This document shows, piece after piece, positions 60,278 to 64,000 of a DNA stretch of 64,000 nt. The DNA is from Armatimonadota bacterium. Its GTDB lineage: Bacteria > Armatimonadota > SYMT01. The stretch covers positions 1 to 64,000 of the forward strand of contig JBKBRF010000039.1 in the NCBI GenBank assembly GCA_046292385.1. The letters run 5' to 3'. Under the pieces are notes generated by a model. It did no database searches, had not been told where the DNA came from, and saw only the letters and a list, made by a program, of their open reading frames with translations. The first letter of the stretch is position 1. Every line of letters starts with the position of its first letter. The position numbers were made by a program, and so were the translations under genes.

Positions 60278-61540
60278 TTAGCTGTTCCGCGGGGTGGGGC
60301 AGGCGAGGGCGGGGCCGGCGCTGCCGGTGGCGGCGTCGGAGAGGTCTTCCAGCACCTTGAGCAGGTCGTCGGTGCCGACTCCCAGCCGCATCGCCACGGA
60401 GGAGAGCGTCTCCATGCTGGTGTTGCGGTCGAGCCACCCGATCGAGTGGGGGGCCGCCTCCCAGGTGCGCTGCTGCGCGTCGAGGTCGGCGCGCGCCGAT
60501 TCGTAGGCGGCGGCGGCCTGAAGCGCGCGGTAGCGGACCCCGTCCAGGTCAACCAGCTTCACCTTGCCGGCCACCTCTTCCATCGGCACCGCGCGGAACG
60601 TGTCGCCCTCGACCGTCACCATGTGGCCGGTCCGCTCCGGATCGAGAATGAAGCGCGTGGCGCCCTGGCCCAGCTTGGCGGCGTAGGAGCGGTCGAAGCC
60701 GGTCGGCTCCGCGCAGCGCAGGAAGTAGCCGAGGTTGCTGGTGCGTACCGCCACCGGCGAGCTTTCGGCGCAGGCTCGCTCGAGGCGCTCCGCCAGGGCA
60801 TCGGAGATGCCGCCGAGGCGGCCGTACCGCGTGAGGTGGCCGTCGCCGAAGTGCGCCGATTCGGCGACGAGCACCACGCCCCAGTTCAGGCCGGAGGCGG
60901 CGCGGGTGCGGACCAGCTCCGCCAGCTCGCCGACGTCGATCGATCCCTCTTCGGGGATCAGCACGCGGGTGCAGCCGGCGGCGAGCCCCGCCTCCAGCGC
61001 CAGGTGCCCGGCGTAGCGGCCCATGATCTCCACCACGAACCAGTGGCCGGAGGCCTCCGCGTCGAGCTTGATCGCGGTGAGCATGCGCGCGGCTTCGTGG
61101 ACCGCGGTGTCGTAACCGAAGCTCTGCTCCACGCCCGCGATGTCGTTGTCGATCGTCTTCGGCACGTGGACCACCCGCAGGCCGGTCTGGCGAAGGCGAT
61201 CGGCGAGCTGCAGGGTGCCCTCACCGCCGATCGAGATCAGGCCGTCGATCCCCTCCCGCTGGAGGTGCCCGCAGATCCGGGCCAGGTCTTCGCCCCGGTC
61301 GTCGATCCGGTAGCGCGAGGTCCCGATGATGCTGCCGCCCAGGATATGGACGTCTTCCACCCGCTCCCGCGTGAGGTGGACGAAGCGTCCGTCGACCAGC
61401 CCCTTCGCGCCGTTCAGGAAGCCCATCACCCGCACGCCGGCGTTGTCCGCCTCCTGCACGATCCCCTTGATGACGGCGTTGATCCCGGCGGCCGGACCGC
61501 CCGCCACGAACACCCCGATCTTGTCGAACCCACCCGGCAT
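60278..61540 (-). CDS. pfkA: 6-phosphofructokinase with a C-terminal extension
   Basis: GGPAAGINA, GGSIIGTSR, IGGEGT, PKTIDND, VEIMGR, LGY..R. Confidence 0.9.
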   Translation of the reverse strand: MPGGFDKIGVFVAGGPAAGINAVIKGIVQEADNAGVRVMGFLNGAKGLVDGRFVHLTRERVEDVHILGGSIIGTSRYRIDDRGEDLARICGHLQREGIDGLISIGGEGTLQLADRLRQTGLRVVHVPKTIDNDIAGVEQSFGYDTAVHEAARMLTAIKLDAEASGHWFVVEIMGRYAGHLALEAGLAAGCTRVLIPEEGSIDVGELAELVRTRAASGLNWGVVLVAESAHFGDGHLTRYGRLGGISDALAERLERACAESSPVAVRTSNLGYFLRCAEPTGFDRSYAAKLGQGATRFILDPERTGHMVTVEGDTFRAVPMEEVAGKVKLVDLDGVRYRALQAAAAYESARADLDAQQRTWEAAPHSIGWLDRNTSMETLSSVAMRLGVGTDDLLKVLEDLSDAATGSAGPALACPTPRNS

Positions 61541-61774
61541 GCCTTCGCTCTCCCGTGCTCCGTCGCTCAGTCCCAACCTGCTCGGACAAACGCGAGACTG
61601 ACGACCCGCTCTTTACGTAGTGTAAGGCGGAGGTTCCGCGCCCGGCGGAACCCAACTTGCAATTCGTCCAGCTATACTTCTTTCGCTCTGGAGTGGGAGA
61701 GCCGCTCCCGTGAGCAGCTTCTCAAGCTCGCCCTCTCGCCCACTCTCCCACTCGTAGATTCACGGAGCCGCCTC

Positions 61775-62677
61775 ATGTCGTGGATAACCCCGCGGAGACT
61801 CGCCGCCGGCGCGGTGCTCTCCGCGCTGCTCGTGTCGCCGGTCCTCGCCGCCGCGCAGGAGAAAGCCCCAGCTCCTTCGCGGCCATCTTACCGCATCCCG
61901 TACCGGATCACCGACACCAAGCACCTGCTGGTGCGGGCTCGGGTGAACGGGAAGGGGCCGTTCCACTTCATCGTCGACACCGGCGCGCCGGCCATCTTCA
62001 TCACCAAGGAGGCGGCGAAGCGGTGCGGGCTCGCCGCCGGCCCGGACGGCTGGGGCGAGATCGCGGCGCTCGACGTGGAGGGCGGCCTCCGCGCGGAGAA
62101 GGTGCTGGCCCGGGCGGAAGACCTCTACCAGTTCCGCGGCATGAACTCCATGGGCCTGGCCGGCATGCGGATCGACGGGGTGTTCGGCTACCACTTCCTT
62201 GCTCGCTACCGGATGGAGATCGATCCGGACCAGCCGACGATGCGCTGGACGGAGGTCGGCTACCAGCCGCAGCCGCTCCCCTCGCTGGAGGAGCTTTCCC
62301 CGGACAAGCCGATCGACGTGCCGGAAGAGCTGAAGGGAATGGAGGGCCTCACCCAGATCGCCGCGGCACTGCTGGGGAAGCGGCCGGAGCCGAAGGTGGT
62401 GGCCCGCGGCTTCCTGGGCCTGGAGCTGGCTGGAATGGCCGCGCCGGCGCTGGTGCGGGCCACGCTTCCGGACTCGCCCGCGCGGAAGGCGGGGCTCCTG
62501 CGAGGCGACCGCATCCAGGCGGTGACGGTGGGCGGGAAGGCGCGGCGCGTGACGAAGGGGCAGGAGGTCCACGCCGCCCTTTCCTCGCTCAAGGCCGGGC
62601 AGAAGGCGTACTTCACCCTCAGTCGCAAGGGCAAGACGTTGAAGGTGCCGGTTACCGCGGCCGGGGGAGGCTTCTGA
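61775..62677 (+). CDS. Secreted retropepsin-like aspartyl protease with PDZ domain, paralog 1
   Basis: Signal peptide, VNGKGPF.FIVDTGA, DGVFG, PDZ (FLGL..SPA.KAGL..GD.I). Confidence 0.85.
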   Translation: MSWITPRRLAAGAVLSALLVSPVLAAAQEKAPAPSRPSYRIPYRITDTKHLLVRARVNGKGPFHFIVDTGAPAIFITKEAAKRCGLAAGPDGWGEIAALDVEGGLRAEKVLARAEDLYQFRGMNSMGLAGMRIDGVFGYHFLARYRMEIDPDQPTMRWTEVGYQPQPLPSLEELSPDKPIDVPEELKGMEGLTQIAAALLGKRPEPKVVARGFLGLELAGMAAPALVRATLPDSPARKAGLLRGDRIQAVTVGGKARRVTKGQEVHAALSSLKAGQKAYFTLSRKGKTLKVPVTAAGGGF

Positions 62678-63528
62678 TGCACCGCGCGCTCACTCCGCTG
62701 CTCCTGGCCGGCGCGCTGGCAGCCGGATCCCCGGCCTGGTCCGCGCCGGCACCCGCCGCGCCGAAGACGGTCACCGTGCCGATGCGGATCATGCGGACCG
62801 GCCACTTTACGGTCGGCGTCCGGGTGAACGGCAAGGGCCCGTTCCGGCTGGTGATGGATACCGGCTCGCCCGTCACCTTCATCACCGCCCGCGCCGCCCA
62901 GAAGGTGGGGCTGCTCACCGCCGCCGCCGCGAAGAAGCCCGCCCTGCTGGGGATGCGCGGACAGTCGCAGGCCGCGTCGTTCAAGGTCGGTGCCTGCGAG
63001 GTGAAGGACCTCCCGATCCTGCTGCTCGACCACCCGGTGATCGACATGCTCTCCCAGGTCGAAGGGCCGATCGACGGCATCGTTGGCTTCTCGTTCTTCG
63101 CCCGCTTCCGGACGACGATCGACTACGAAGCGGCGCGGGTCACCTTCGCGCCCACTCGCTACGCGGGCGGCGACGTCGTCTCCGACCTGACCTCCACCAT
63201 CGGCTCTCGCCGTCCCACGGAGCGGCTGCTCACCCCGGCCGCGCAGTGGGGCCTGGAAGTGGAGGCGCTCCCCGCCCCCGCCGAGGGCGCGGAGGGGGAG
63301 CCGGCGCGGGGCGTGCGGATCAAGCGCGTCTACGAGGGCGGCGCCTCCGCCGCGGCGGGGCTGCGCGAGGGAGACGTGCTGCTGGAGATCGACGGCTCCT
63401 GGACCGACTCGGTCACCGACACCCTGGAAGCGGTCGCCCGCACCCGCGCCGGCACCCCGGTAGCGGTGCGCGTGCAGCGAGACGGCGAGGAGCTGAAGAT
63501 CAGCGTGCGCCCACGCGCGGGGCTTTGA
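62677..63528 (+). CDS. Secreted retropepsin-like aspartyl protease with PDZ domain, paralog 2
   Basis: TGATG coupling; VNGKGPF.LVMDTGS, DGIVG, PDZ (AAGLREGDVLLEIDG). Confidence 0.85.
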   Translation: MHRALTPLLLAGALAAGSPAWSAPAPAAPKTVTVPMRIMRTGHFTVGVRVNGKGPFRLVMDTGSPVTFITARAAQKVGLLTAAAAKKPALLGMRGQSQAASFKVGACEVKDLPILLLDHPVIDMLSQVEGPIDGIVGFSFFARFRTTIDYEAARVTFAPTRYAGGDVVSDLTSTIGSRRPTERLLTPAAQWGLEVEALPAPAEGAEGEPARGVRIKRVYEGGASAAAGLREGDVLLEIDGSWTDSVTDTLEAVARTRAGTPVAVRVQRDGEELKISVRPRAGL

Positions 63529-63667
63529 ACTGAGTGGGAGAGTGGGCGCAAGGGCGAGTGGGAGAAGTGGGGCGGAGTAGCGCTTCTCGGGTGGCGACAA
63601 GGGTCCTCACAGACCTACACGCTACACCCTAGACGCTACACCCTCGGGAGTATGAGAAGCGTTGACA

Positions 63668-64000
63668 GTGGATAAGCGGGAGCTTTCGTACGCGGTGGGG
63701 TGGGGCGTGGTCGTGATGCTGGCGACCTGCATCCCGCACCTGATCATGTGGTGGTACCTGCCGCTCGACGGCGTCTACCCGTGGGTGCTGCAGAACTCGG
63801 ACGATCACGGCGTCTACTACGCCTGGCTCAAGCAGGGGCGGGACGGGGCGGTCTTCTTCCGCAACATGTTCACGACGGAGCCGCAGTCCGGCGCCTACTT
63901 CCACTTCTATTACCTGGTCCTCGGCTGGGTATCGCGGCTCACCGGGCTCGACGTTCCCACCACCAACCAGCTCGGGCGGCTCGTCTTCGGCGTGGTCACG
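63668..64000 (+). CDS. Membrane protein, partial (possibly GT-C glycosyltransferase-like)
   Basis: Open frame from GTG 63668 to the window edge: TM helix, then NSDDHGVYYAWLKQG..FRNMFTTEP..YYLVLGW. Confidence 0.6.
   Translation, partial: MDKRELSYAVGWGVVVMLATCIPHLIMWWYLPLDGVYPWVLQNSDDHGVYYAWLKQGRDGAVFFRNMFTTEPQSGAYFHFYYLVLGWVSRLTGLDVPTTNQLGRLVFGVVT

Noticed and set aside
1..64000. Genome-wide TGA reassignment (genetic code 4 or 25)
   Set aside because: TGA ends many normal genes here (sucA, shc, korB) and Trp uses TGG. Internal TGAs appear only at Cys-motif positions.

Overview
A very GC-rich bacterial chromosomal segment. It is diderm-like (porin, GT9) and makes hopanoids; an Armatimonadota- or Planctomycetota-like origin is my guess from gene style, not a tested assignment. 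Housekeeping genes include nfi, sucAB, sir-cysH, ilvD, thyX, shc-hpnH-hpnA-ispH, korAB, pfkA, tRNA-Val(GAC) and tRNA-Arg(TCT). Between them lie secreted hydrolases, orphan immunity- and defence-like genes, and many palindromic and heptamer repeats. Highlights: (1) two genes the ORF track splits at in-frame TGA codons that look like selenoproteins, an ArsC/Spx-like UxxC protein (27769-28119) and a secreted thioredoxin/CxxCH/PDZ protein with two TGAs in a U-x-x-U-x-x-C motif and two SECIS-like hairpins (50265-51536); (2) a 1407-aa fusion of a tubulin/FtsZ-like GTPase, a Zn ribbon and a STAND-type ATPase, coupled to a small membrane protein (52898-57440); (3) a twice-occurring ~190-nt intergenic element whose stems change sequence but keep perfect pairing; (4) heptamer arrays of different units that start at a shared GGTTCGG anchor; (5) a near-consensus IscR/Rrf2 operator under a sigma70 promoter of the sulfite reductase operon. 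I saw no CRISPR array, rRNA, integrase or transposase. All family calls come from motif recognition by eye; no database searches were run.
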